NCBI GenBank assembly: GCA_030295235.1
Contig: AP026145.1
Coordinates: forward strand, 248,001-312,000
Reading direction: 5' to 3'
Source of the DNA: Fistulifera solaris
Taxonomy: Eukaryota
DNA length: 64,000 nucleotides
A model generated the notes under the pieces. That model was not told where the DNA came from and searched no databases. It worked only from the letters and a program-made list of their open reading frames with translations. Numbering within the stretch: the stretch's first letter is position 1; each line of letters begins with the position of its first letter. The translations under genes were made by a program, and so were the position numbers. This document shows, one piece after another, positions 12,021 through 23,424 of the stretch.

Positions 12021-13818
12021 TTAAGAAACAGGATTATCTCGCATACGTCGAACTAGCCGCTCAATGATATCTCCCTTTTCAATGCAATCTAAAACATGAA
12101 TCTGCCGTTCACGAGCTACGGCTCGAAGCTGAGGTACGGTGAGCTGAGCCAAAGGGGCTAACGTTTGAAAGTAATTGGCGACATGGGGACGTGCTATTGC
12201 GGTAGCATTCAGCATATTGATCATTTCGTCGCGACTTTGACAGTTGGATAAGTCGACCTCCGACAGTGCAGCAAGAGCACGGATTTCAGAAATGCCCCAA
12301 TTGTCCAGCGGATGAGAAAGAACTTGTCGACTAGCATCGCTCCTACTAGATGATGATTGCGGAGTTTCGTCAAGATGCAATTTTTCGGTCAGACGACATA
12401 TAATTTCGGTACGTTCCAAACAACCCGATAAGTCGATAGAATGAGCCCGTGCTAAAGCTTTGAGTTGTGATATGTTTTGACGGTCCAGGTCGAAAACACT
12501 ATGGGAACTAGACGACTGTTCTCCACTACGTATCGTCTCATCCCGTTCATTTCCGCCTTCACTGGATGTCCTATTGTTGTTCGTCGACTCCGATTCGGTG
12601 ACACTTGATTCGACTCGCTCAGCAGCACTATTCACACGAGTCCAGCTTCCCTCTGAAGACGTCTCCGTTGTCACAACAAAGGGTCAATCTCATCATCAGT
12701 CGTATCACTTGACGATACGCAATTTCCGATTTCTCCAACTTCTACAGGTACGTCCTCAGCGAGAACGGCATCAGCGCTTTCATGTCGCCGTCGCTTGCGA
12801 CGAAAGGGTCGATCGCTAGCCAAGCAATAGCGCTCCAGAAACTCGTCCGTAGTACCTTCCGAGACCTCGTCATTATCGTTTGGACAAGCCGACCCGCTAG
12901 CCAATGAAGAGCGCTCCAATAACTCATCCGTAGTACCTTCCGAGACCTCATCATTATCTTTTGGACAAATCGATGCCGACGATACACTATCCGCATCTTC
13001 CGTTTGTTGTGCCTCTGCCAAATGTGTGTTTCTATGCACATAGTTCACATTTTCTTCCATCAAAGAGATGTATCCTCCCGTTCGTCCACCAAATGTTCGC
13101 GTGAATCCTCCAAATCGACAGTCTCGACCATTGGACGAGCGGCAGGTTTGCGATCTTCTTCCGGCTCTTCTAATAGTTGCAAACGCCCACTTGCTACAAA
13201 GATGTGAATCATATCCGACTTTTCAACGACTTCCTTAGCATCAAAAAACACACCCGCATCATTCATGGTGGCTTTGAGTCGCGAGATCGACATGGCTCGT
13301 AATTCACTCAAGCGATGTCGAACAGGTTCCGGAGTCGCGACAACATCAATGACTCCTGATTGGATTAAACACTCGACCAGTTCCCGCCGCTCCGCGAACC
13401 GCCGTGTTGTTCGTTGGGATTGTGGAAGTAGCTGTTTGAGTTGCGCAATAGAAAGACGGTCCAGTTCGTGCTGAGCAAAACGCGGTTTCCGACAGCGCAT
13501 TCGTTCTTGACGGCCTCGTTCGTATTCAGGATTATTATCGACGGGCAGTTCGTAGCGACAAACGGGGCAAGTATTTCCATGATTCGTCAACCATTGCTGA
13601 ATACAAGGAGGATGATAGACATGCGCACACGGCAAGCGTAACACGGAATGACCCAAATGGATGCCTTCCAAACAGATACAGCATTCTCGGTTACAGGGAT
13701 CCATCAAATCTTCTCGAGATACTTTGACTGTGGGCAACTGGCGAATGGCTTGATGAGACGCCGCGACGGGTTGCGGGGGTTGCGATTGCTGCGTTGAAGC
13801 TCGCAAAGCGGCGGCCAT
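12021..13818 (-). CDS. RING-H2 E3 ubiquitin ligase with repeated SAP/HeH-like helical motifs
   Basis: CCICLE...LPCAHVYHPPCIQQWL...TCPVCRYELP is a RING-H2. Repeated ISQLKALA...CLERTEI-type motifs follow. Three ORFs with 4-nt overlaps are joined by probable frameshifts, and there is an internal 26-aa duplication (about 12820-12975). Confidence 0.8.
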
Positions 13819-14204
13819 GTCACTTTGAAAGATTTGATCTTGTAAATGGTTTGCGAACGAAAAACCGAAATTCGGAAAGTTTTGGAAGAATCCTGGAAAG
13901 AAAAAGACGAATCATCATTGTTTTCTGCAGCACGGTTGCGCTGAAATTGATTCATGTTCATGATGGGTTGCACGAAAGTCCTTGATTGAACGAATACTTT
14001 CGCGTCTCGATGTCACGCGAAGCTTCTCGCGATAAAAACAGATCGATCCAGATACGAAGTCACCGCTAATTGCACAAGCCACTAATCTATTCGTTGCATT
14101 CGTATAATTGCTTCTATGTTCTTTCGTGGTGATATTTATCACTTCTCGCTTCTCGTACCATCAAACGCCGAGGTGCACGCAATGCGAAAACAGGTTCGTA
14201 TGTC

Positions 14205-14985
14205 TGCAGACAAGTATTACTGTAGGCCAAAGTGTTGGTTTACGGAAATTACGCCTACATTATTCCTGTCATAAATTTTTTTTTAATAATCACAACACAA
14301 GCCTGCGCGCACGGATTTTCGTCCTTTTGGTTAAGGAATATCTGTTGTTAGACCTTCATCACAAAAGGATTAACGTGAAGCAGCATTTGCAGTGCAGAGC
14401 TCTTTTATTAACGCGTTATAATAGCTTGTGGATCGCTTCTCGCATATTTACTATAGGCCCAAAGTGATAGTTCAAGGAAACCACGACTGCATTATTTGAG
14501 TCATGAACGTTTTTCATTATCAAAACACAAGCCTGTGCGCACGGATTTTGTCTTTTTGCTAGCGTCTTACCAGGTAGGCCTGATGGCAACAAGATGAACG
14601 TGAAGGAGCAGTTTCTGTACAGAGTTCGTAATCACTCGTTATAGATGCTTGCAGATGGCTTGTCGCATATTTACTATAGACCAAAGTGTTAATTCAAGGA
14701 AACCACGACTGCATTATTTCAGTCGTAAACATTTTCACAATAGAAACAAGAATCCATGCTCACGAATTTCGTTCTCTTGTTAGCTGTGTAGGCCTCATCA
14801 ACAACAATATCATTAGCGTGAAGCAGCATTTGCAGTGCAGAGCTCGTATTCACGCGTTGTAGATGCTTGCGGATCGCTTCTCGCATATTCCAAAGGGTGG
14901 GTTTCAAGGAAACCACGACTGCACTACTTCAGTCATGAACATTTTCTCGTGCGCACGGATTTCGTCCTTTTGTTAGCTTCTTCGG
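14205..14985. repeat. Degenerate tandem repeat, about 210-230 bp unit, about 3.5 copies
   Basis: Recurring CAAGGAAACCACGACTGCA, GCGCACGGATTT and CGTGAAGCAGCATTTGCAGTGCAGAGC blocks. Anchor AAAG(T/G)G recurs near 14229, 14461, 14683 and 14892. Confidence 0.85.
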
Positions 14986-15345
14986 TCTCATTCACAATTA
15001 ATAAACGGAACAGAGCTTTCTTGCAGAGTCCGTAGACTAGTCCGTGTTTAATTCGACCTAAATGCTGGACGCAAGTCGATATAGGGTCATTAACTCGATG
15101 TGTCACGCTACGACAAGCAATACATTTTTTAAATACATTGGGGTCATTGTGCGACATATGACTGTCGAATCTTTTTTGGGTAACCTTTTCGCGTTTGCCT
15201 AGAAAAAATACGGCTGGCGTTTGCAACAAAATAGACTAATGAAAAAATCTTTTCTTCATCACTGAAAGGTCACGTTACACTTATTGACGAGGAAATGCAA
15301 GTCTTTATCACTTTTCATCAACCTCTACTTCCAGCGGTGAAAAGG

Positions 15346-16840
15346 ATGACAATTAATGTATACCTGCTGCTACTGCTTATTCTATCGCAGGTGCGATATT
15401 GTCTCGCAGCTACAGCTGAAGAATCATCGTCATCGTCTTCCGCGACGTGTTTACCACACTCGTTGCGGGTGCCTTCGACAGTAATACATCGGCCTCATCA
15501 ATTAGTTATCGCACATCGCGGAGCCTCGTACCATTTACCCGAGCATACAACGGCGGCGTATCGATTGGCTTTAGAATTAGGTGCCGACTGGATTGAAACC
15601 GACGTGGTGGCTTCGTCCGACGGTGTCTTATATTGTCTCCATAGTGTCGATTTGGCGGTCACTTCCAATGTCGAAGAAATCTTTCCCGATCAGATATGGT
15701 ACAGTCCAACATTCAATCGAACCGGATACTGGATATTCAATTTCACGGCCGACCAAATCGATAAACTGACGGTCCAACAACGACTTTCCGAAAGTCGCAG
15801 CACCGCGTTTGATCGTACGATGTATATACCGCGACTCGAAGATGCGTTGCGCGTATTGAAGGACTGGAACATAGATGACTTACTCCAGCGATTACCGCCA
15901 CATGTTGAAGACAATAATACAACAACGACGAGCGCACGTAAACCTTCCTCAATCGATCTGGCGCGATCCGGAATGTATTTAGAATTCAAGGATTACATTC
16001 TACAAAAGAGGAAGCCGGCATCGACTTGGTCGATTTATTGTACGATCACATGGAACAATATGCAGACTTATGGAAGCCACTTCTGGAAGATCAGTGCTAT
16101 ACTGTGATGCGATTTGATGAGTACGTCGTGCCCGGTTTGGTGTTGCAGTCGTTTGATGTTGATGCCTTGTCGCGATTCCATGAACGGTGGCCTTTGTACT
16201 TTTCCGACAAGATGAACGAAAGCAACAGTTCCTTACGCATTGCCCCCGAACCTCCTCATGTTCTTCTTTTGAATTATCATGGCTGTACGGGAGAATTGGC
16301 GGAAGAATTTTGGTTTCATATTGGTGATTCGTGGAGATCCTTTTGAGTGGTATTGGTTGTGATAAGCAATGTCTATTTGACAATGATGAATTCGGGCACA
16401 AAGCAGAAAGTTTTAAGCTCGTCTTGCATCCTTGGACCGAACGACCTGAGCAGACCTTCTTGGTCGATCCCAAGAGGTTTCCGACTGTGTTGGAGGAAAC
16501 TCGTCATTTGCTGTGTAATGTTCCGGCGGTACACGGTATCTTTAGTGAGTCTGTGTCTATTGCCTTGGCAGTGGCTCAATTGGGATGTCAAGACAGCGAA
16601 CTTATTGGCGGAAAAGGTGATCCGATGTCGGATACGACGAAGGAATCAAGTACATGTTACGGTAGCAGTCAGCAGTCGGCTATCTACACTGGATTACTTT
16701 CATTCGCTTTGGGAACTATAATGGCTGTATTGATCAGCTCATGCGTCCATCGACGGAAAATGTCGCGGCACTACACCGATCGCACCACCCTGACTTCTAG
16801 CGACGACGAGGATTGTGGAAACGACGCGGAACTTACATGA
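15346..16840 (+). CDS. Glycerophosphodiester phosphodiesterase (GDPD), signal peptide and C-terminal TM anchor
   Basis: VIAHRGASYHLPEHT...GADWIETDVV..SDG, LVLQSFD, LHPWT and GIFSE motifs spread over three frameshifted ORFs. Confidence 0.9.
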
Positions 16841-17030
16841 CCATTAGAAATTGTCGAAAGCTAAATCCGTTCATGGCGACGCCAAAAGTTAGGAGGTTAG
16901 GTATGTCATTAAGTCATAGATCAACGACCGACATGGATTACATAAGTCGTACAGTAGGACGCTCCAGCTTCGTTTGGTTTTGCGCGCCAAATAAATTTTG
17001 TGTCAGCCTAATTTAGCCAACCTGTGTCTT

Positions 17031-17123
17031 GTCCACTTGGTCTAGTGGTATGATTCCTCGTTCGGGATGGGATAGCCCTAACGCTAGTCGAGGAGGTCGC
17101 GAGTTCGATTCTCGCAGTGGACC
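17031..17123 (+). tRNA. trnP-CGG: tRNA-Pro(CGG) with 21-nt intron (17067-17087)
   Basis: Acceptor GTCCACT/AGTGGAC plus C73, A-box TGGTCTAGTGG, anticodon stem CCTCG/CGAGG with loop TT-CGG-G^T, T arm GCGAG-TTCGATT-CTCGC. Intron is at the canonical 37/38 position. Confidence 0.93.
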
Positions 17124-17150
17124 TTTCTTTTCTCTTTTGCTTTTGCAAAA
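17124..17150 (+). terminator. Pol III oligo-T terminator region of tRNA-Pro(CGG)
   Basis: TTTCTTTTCTCTTTTGCTTTTGCAAAA directly follows the tRNA. A near-identical trailer follows the tRNA at 41225. Confidence 0.7.
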
Positions 17151-18310
17151 TCTCGTGGTGGATCTTTCTTTTCCTTCCTTGTCACGATTTTTTCATAAAC
17201 TTCGTCTTAACGGTACCCATTATGATTTTTGCTCCTGTATGAAAACATGATATACGACATTGAAATCTGACACAACCCGGTATTCGACTTGCACCTTTTC
17301 ACGAAGGATTTTTGCCGCATAGCGCAAGCAAGCGCGGCCGACCAAGGATGCGGCCGACGCCCGCATTTGTTGGCCTGCTCAACACGAGTGCCCAAGAAGG
17401 AAGAAGGGATGGATCGTTCAAGCGCAATGCCCGCTCGCTAGCAAAAGGGTTCTAATGGAACTCCTTTTCCCTAATATCGTTGTGCTTTCCCATGAATCGG
17501 CTTTTGTGGATGCGCCGGGTACATTTGCGCATCCGAAATTCGCGACGTCTCCAGGAATGCTGCGTGTCGCGTGCCCGCTTCAATGAACACTGTAAGATTG
17601 CAGGTCTGATAATACAGCATTTCGGCCTTTGAGCTCAAAGTTCACAAACAGCTCCATTTTGGGTGCGAAGAACGACGGAGCACGGCAGTTGAGGGAGCCA
17701 GCTAAAATGACTTCAGCTTCTATCAGACAAGTGGCTTCGTCTTCAACCACGGATAATTGTAAAGAGTCTGATCGGCGTTTGTGAACAAAAATGAGCCAAG
17801 CTCAGCGGGGTTACAGTAAGTTCCAAATACTGTATCGGTAACCGCTTCCGACGAGTGATCTTTACAATATCTTTACAATACAAAGCAAGGAGCTGCATGG
17901 TGCATAGAGGTGACAATCCTTTTGCTCATTTCGGGACACTTCGGTGAACAGTAAATTGACTTTAAATGTCGGTAGCGAGCTTGAATCTTTTTTCGACCCG
18001 ATTTCGCCGTGATTCAAAATGAATAATTAATGGCGCTGGTTGGGCCTCTTTCAGAAGAACAAAGCATGGGCAAACGATGTAATCATGTAATCGCTTAACG
18101 CATGTTCGATCATAATCATCGCCTCGGGTTACGTCGCATTCATAGACATTCCTTCGGCAAAACCAATCGACAACTTACTTGGAGATGCCACTGCACATGT
18201 CGAGGACGGACACATCTTGAATAGCGCAAATGACGGTCTTCGCGAAGTACGAGAGGACTTGGAGCTAGAAAGACGAACTGCATTCTAGTTTCGTTAGCTT
18301 CTACGCGGTT

Positions 18311-21300
18311 TTACTCGGACTTTTTATGGTATTTAGGTGGTACGACATCAACATGATAATTCATACCCTTGTTCGAGGCATGTTCCATGCGCCAGTCGAT
18401 CGCCATCTGCAATGCACCTTGTTCCCCAAAAGTCTTGGTCGAGAACTGGTCCGATATCCCTCGAGAACCGGTGGGGCCATCAGGAGTATACTCAGAAGCC
18501 GTTGCCACCCAATAAGACTCTACATTGAGATCTTTGCTCTTTCGGTAAACGCCCAACACTGACCCATCTTCGCGAGGCTCCTTCTTTTTGTGTTGGGTTT
18601 GGTTGTTGTTTTGAGAAATAACATCTCGTGGAAGGAGATTTCCGGGGCGATTGTTCTCTCTATTCTGATCGGCGTGGTCTACGGTCAAAGTGTCGTCCAA
18701 CTCCTCGCCAATATGCGCCTCCAAAACAAAACGGCAGAAGTTTCGAGTGTGGCTTTTTCTCGTCATCCAAAAAGGTGATACGAACGTGATTTTGCCGTCG
18801 ATGGTACTTATGCGCTTCTGAATAGGAATGTACTTTCCTCGGCGAGTGTCGTAGACATGGGTGCCGTCTTCACTGACAAGAAGAAACTTGAACAAAGGGT
18901 GCTCCCACCAACTGTGTTTTTTGCTGCTGAAGTAGGAGAGGATAATTTCCAGAGTGGACAATGTGAAGAGTTTTCTGTGGATAAGCCCAGCCGGACAGCA
19001 ATGGATGAGTTAGTTCATATCGCCACCTTCAATCAACAACAAAGCGAGATACTGGTTCTTACCGGACGTTTCTATTCAGATTTTCCAATCGGCTATTGTC
19101 GGCAATAGATATCCAAGCTAAGACCACCACTCGATTGTCTTTGACGTTGCCGAATATATGATGGCCGACAATGCCCTCCGGTCGCCTGCCTCTGAAGGTG
19201 ATCAAGACGAGGTGGTGAACGTGAGAAATTCTTCTTTGTTTTATTGCAGAGATTGCTGTATAGGGTCACTCTCAGGTATCCATCGCTAGTTGTTTCGGTG
19301 CTCAAAACCTGAAACTTTCTGGTCAGAACATGATCTTTTTGACGAGAAGGATCTGTGTCGAGTCCTATGACTTCTTCGAATTTGTTATCGAATTTCAACC
19401 CTGAAATTTCTCGCCAACCCAAGTCACAGCTCACGATGAAGCCATTTTCATGGCAGAAGTAAATAGTTGGACAGCGGTAGCGAATCGCTTGATGACCTCC
19501 CTTTTCTCGTGCAATCACCATGGTGATTCGTCCATGCTCATCAGCGGTCATCAGTTTGCTTGCCAGGTTCCAGGTCATCCGGCCTGTTCGGGTAACCGGC
19601 GAAGCCACTTTGGTGCCCCACTAGAAACTCCTCACAATCCATGTTGCACAGAAAGGCATCATCGTTTTCGGTCTTGCCTTATCTTTAGACTTTCGCTTCC
19701 CCTTGCCTTTTCCTTTGGCTTTGCCATTAGATTTCACGCTTGCCTTTGCGTTTGCCTTTTGCGCTCAGCATCTCTGTCGCGACCGTTGAGCGAAAACATT
19801 GGAGGGAATCATTCGTAACTGGTCTGTCAGTAGCCAATAATTGATGATTCCTATGGGGATGGGCTCGCCCGATACAGGTTTGAAAGCCTCTGCTTCCGCC
19901 GGTGTTGCAATTTCAACCTTGAAATCAATCTTCACGGACCCCGAGTAAGGCTCAATGCGTTGGCGTCTGAGGCGTAGATTGTTAAAACAGCAAAACTATG
20001 TAAGTGCACACGCTCTGCAATCGCTCATTATTTAACCAATCAACTTACTCCTTTTGTTGATCGAGCCAAGTCTTGAGCTCAGCTACATCAGCGTGGACTG
20101 TCTGGGAGTCGTAAATTTTGCATTTGTTCAATCTTAAGGTAAGTTTTGCTTCGGCATATCGAAGGGATTCGCTTGGTTCAATGCTCGCACCTTTCACCTC
20201 GGATGACTGCCTCTTCAAATTGGCTTCAGATGCAACGGAGTCGTCATCTTTAGAAGGAACCTCTGGTTCAAAGGGCTTGGCTTTGGTAGTAAACAATTCG
20301 ACTTGAGCAAATGATTCAACAGAAGGGCCTTTGGTGGTTAGAACTTTAGTTTCAGTAGGTGTGGACTTTGGACTGTTCTCGTTGTCTTCAAGAAGCGATT
20401 TGCCATTTTTGCGTTTGGCCATATCGGCCTTCAGATTCTGAAGACCACGCTGCGTCTTCAAAGGGTCCTTGACGAATTCGCGAATTGCTCCGAGTTCGAC
20501 GTTGGACAACGGATGACTGGTCTGATTGTGACACAGTTTCCTTAGAAACAGAAGTGGAATCGGCGGGGCTAGAGTTGGACTTTTTAGTCGTCGCTTTGAC
20601 TGCAGGAGCATCGTTGGAAGCGAAGGTAGAGGCGGAGGGCTTCGCTTTGGACTGTTGAGTCGTTGCTTTGGCTGCAGGAGCATTGTTGGAAGCGAAGATA
20701 GAAGCGACGGGTTTCGCTTTGGACTTTTGAGTCGTCGTCACTTTGACTGCAGGAGGATCGTTGGAAGCGAAAGTAGAGGCGGCGGGTTTCGCATTGGACT
20801 GTTGAGTCGTCGCTTTGGCTGCAGGAGCATCGTTGGAAGCGAAGATAGAAGCGACGGATTTCGCTTTGGACTTTTGAGTCGTCATCACTTTGACTGCAGG
20901 AGGATCGTTGGAAGCGAAGGTAGAAGCGGCGGATTTCGCTTTAGACTTTTGAGTCATCGCTTTGGCTGCAGGAGCATCGACGGAAGCGAAAGTAGAGGCC
21001 ACGGATTTCGCTTTGGACTTTTGAGTCGTCGTCACTTTGACTGCAGGAGGATCGTTGGAAAGCGAAGGTAGAAGCGTGATTTCGCTTTAGACTTTTGAGT
21101 CGTCGCTTTGGCTGCAGGAGCATCGACGGAAGCGAAAGTAGAGGCGACGGATTTCGCTTTGGACTTTTGAGTCGTCGTCACTTTGACTGCAGGAGGATCG
21201 TTGGAAGCGAAGGTAGAAGCTGACGGATTTCGCTTTGGACTTTTGAGTCGTCGCTTTGGCTGCAGGAGCATCGATGGAAGCGAAAGTAGAGGCGGCGGGT

Positions 21301-21443
21301 TTCGCTTTGGACTTTTGAGTCGTCGCTTTGGCTGCAGGAGCATCGTTGGAAGCGAAGATAGAGGCGGGTTTGGATTCGCCACCCGAGTCGCGGTATTCGT
21401 TGGAAACAGCTTTCCCGTCCGAGTTAGCGGGAGAAGCGTTCAT
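18311..21443 (-). CDS. Spliced gene: repetitive N-terminus + two HNH endonuclease domains + AP2-like domain (copy 1)
   Basis: Exon 1 (21443-20049) is followed by intron 19967-20048 (GTAAG..CAG), then SGSVKIDFKVEIATPAEA. HNH1 is DGYLRVTLY...HVHHLVLITFRGRRPEGIVGHHIFGNVKDNR..LAW; HNH2 is CRFVLEAHIGEEL...TVDHADQNRENNRPGNL...QNNN; the AP2-like part is GVYRK...YWVAT...FSTKTFGEQGALQMAIDWR. Several frameshifts. Confidence 0.8.
20575..21370 (-). repeat. Coding minisatellite, 72-75 bp (24-25 aa) unit, about 11 copies, in exon 1 of HNH gene copy 1
   Basis: Repeated TTQKSKAKSVASTFASNDAPAAKA / ...SNDPPAVKV units. Confidence 0.9.
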
Positions 21444-22956
21444 GACAGCGAGGAGAGAAAGTTGCGAAACGAGAAAGCGAGTTATGTTTCACAGCTAGTT
21501 GTCTGGAATGATATCAATCGGGTGAGAAGTCGAACATCCAAGGAATGATTTCTCAGCGGGTTCAAAGATGACGGACGTTCGGCTCGCAGTCTCGTCAAAG
21601 CTCAAACAGAAGTTACTTTGATGGAAATAAACATGATAAACAAGCAATCTTACCAGAATATAATGATCTTGATTATTGTTTGCAATAGGACGACACTCGT
21701 TCTTGTTGATCTAAACGAATTTTATGAGCGGAAGACGTCGAGAAAAGCTTGAAAAACGTTTCGGTTTCTAGTGACCTGCAGTAGAAATTCTACGTGGTTT
21801 TCGATTTTCCAACCATAAACCAGTTTGTCTTGGCGAGCCCGGCGCGCTGAGATGCATTGATGAAACCGTCGACGCGTCGGTTTGAGGTAGAGCGCTTTTC
21901 GCAGTATTGGCACTCGCGTCTGACCGAAACTCTTTCCCTTGATGGTGGGAGTTTTTGCCACTGCGCCGCCATCATCCATCGTGCACCTGGTTATTGGTAA
22001 TTGATAGCATTATATTGACAGCAATGGCTGATAAGCCGATACCAAAGTAACAAGCGATAAAATGTAAGAGTTTTCTGGAATCGTCGAGCGTCGTGTCGAG
22101 CCAGTATCATCATACCCCCTGTTCAAGCATAGTGGTGGGCGCCGTTTAATGCGAGCTGATTTTTTTGTGTGTTGTGCCGTCCTACGTTTCGTGCATAGCA
22201 ATGCTGTTTCAGAAATAGCCGAACAGTGGTATTTCCACCTGACTGAGTGTTACGGTCTCACAGCGCTACTTGCACACATTGAGCTGGAAAGATGACGGCG
22301 TCGATTTTTCTTTTGACTTGTCTCGTCCGACGGCGTCGGCCTGCTGCCGAGCCACGACAACAACACAAGGAGCGAAGTTAATACAAAGTAGTTGGCGGTT
22401 AGAGAATGAACAAATCTGCATATAAAAGACGACATGATACCCTTTATATTAGCCTCTTGAGCGGCTCCATTTGACTGAAACAGCGTTTATACAAGCTGCA
22501 TTGTTCCTTGACCCAGGGTTTTTCGCTAATCTGAGATTTCCGCCACTTTAAGGGCTTAAACTCAAGAACTAGGACTCTTTTAATGCCAAGTATATCGGCG
22601 AAGCTCTCCTGGATATAGCCTTCGGTTGGTAACGAGAAAATGATAGGCTCATCTTGGTAGAGAATGGATTTTGTAGCTGTTGACGACGAAAAGAGGGAGA
22701 GAATTGCCCCTCCCCAAACATGCTTTGCCGCCAAAAACCACTTGCCAACTACACGTTTATGGTGAATGCTTCGCTTTTCTTGCTATCCTTTCATGACTTT
22801 GATTGTTATGAAATAGACAAAACATCTCTCTTTCGCAGCTTGCGATCTGTTGAAATCAGGGCTTAATTGATTACCGCCAATCCGCCGTTACAATCAAATT
22901 CTCGAATAAAGACCTTCAGTTGAAGTTGCCGTGATTTGGAAGAAAATTCGTGTGCC

Positions 22957-23008
22957 GACTAGACTAGACTAGACTAGACTAGACTAGACTAGACTAGACT
23001 CTAGACTA
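22957..23008. repeat. (GACTA)n pentanucleotide microsatellite, about 9-10 copies
   Basis: gactagactagactagact... read directly from the sequence. Confidence 0.95.
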
Positions 23009-23424
23009 CCACTGTATGATAAAAACGGAAGATACTTTTCTGTTGCCGACGAAAAATCAAAATGTCATTCGGAGGATATAAGGAGTTCGACGGTCGAATT
23101 GTTGGTTTGTTGAGATCATAAAGGCTCCGACCGTTTGATTTGAAAAAGGGTTTTGTAGACCATGGTGACATAGTTTGTCTTTTCACAGAGCCAAATGAAG
23201 AAAAATCGTGACGAAGAGAAGACGACTTTAATCGAAACTGTTGTCCGGCATGGACCTAGGACCTTATCGGATTGCGCAGATGGCAATGCGTCCAGCAAAG
23301 ACGAACTGCGTTAACTTTGAGAGTCAAAGTGACGAATATTAGGAGGACGGCAACTAAAGTATCTATATTTCTTTCGAAAACAAAAGTCCCAGTAGGGATG
23401 ACAAATAATTCAAAAATCTCGTGT

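Noticed and set aside
12671..13063. 4-nt stop/start overlaps suggesting a prokaryote-style operon
   Set aside because: The fragments continue the same repeat-domain RING protein in a eukaryotic context. Frameshift errors are more parsimonious.
21556..21590. GCGGGTTCAAA / GTTCGGCTCGCAGT as a right-hand tRNA 3' remnant for cassette 1
   Set aside because: Too short and gapped, with no acceptor strand, terminator or trailer homology. Could be chance.
21722..22734. Short ORFs (RRECQYCEKR; ILYQDEPIIF) as transposase or gene relics
   Set aside because: No recognisable catalytic motif or terminal repeats, so no call can be supported.
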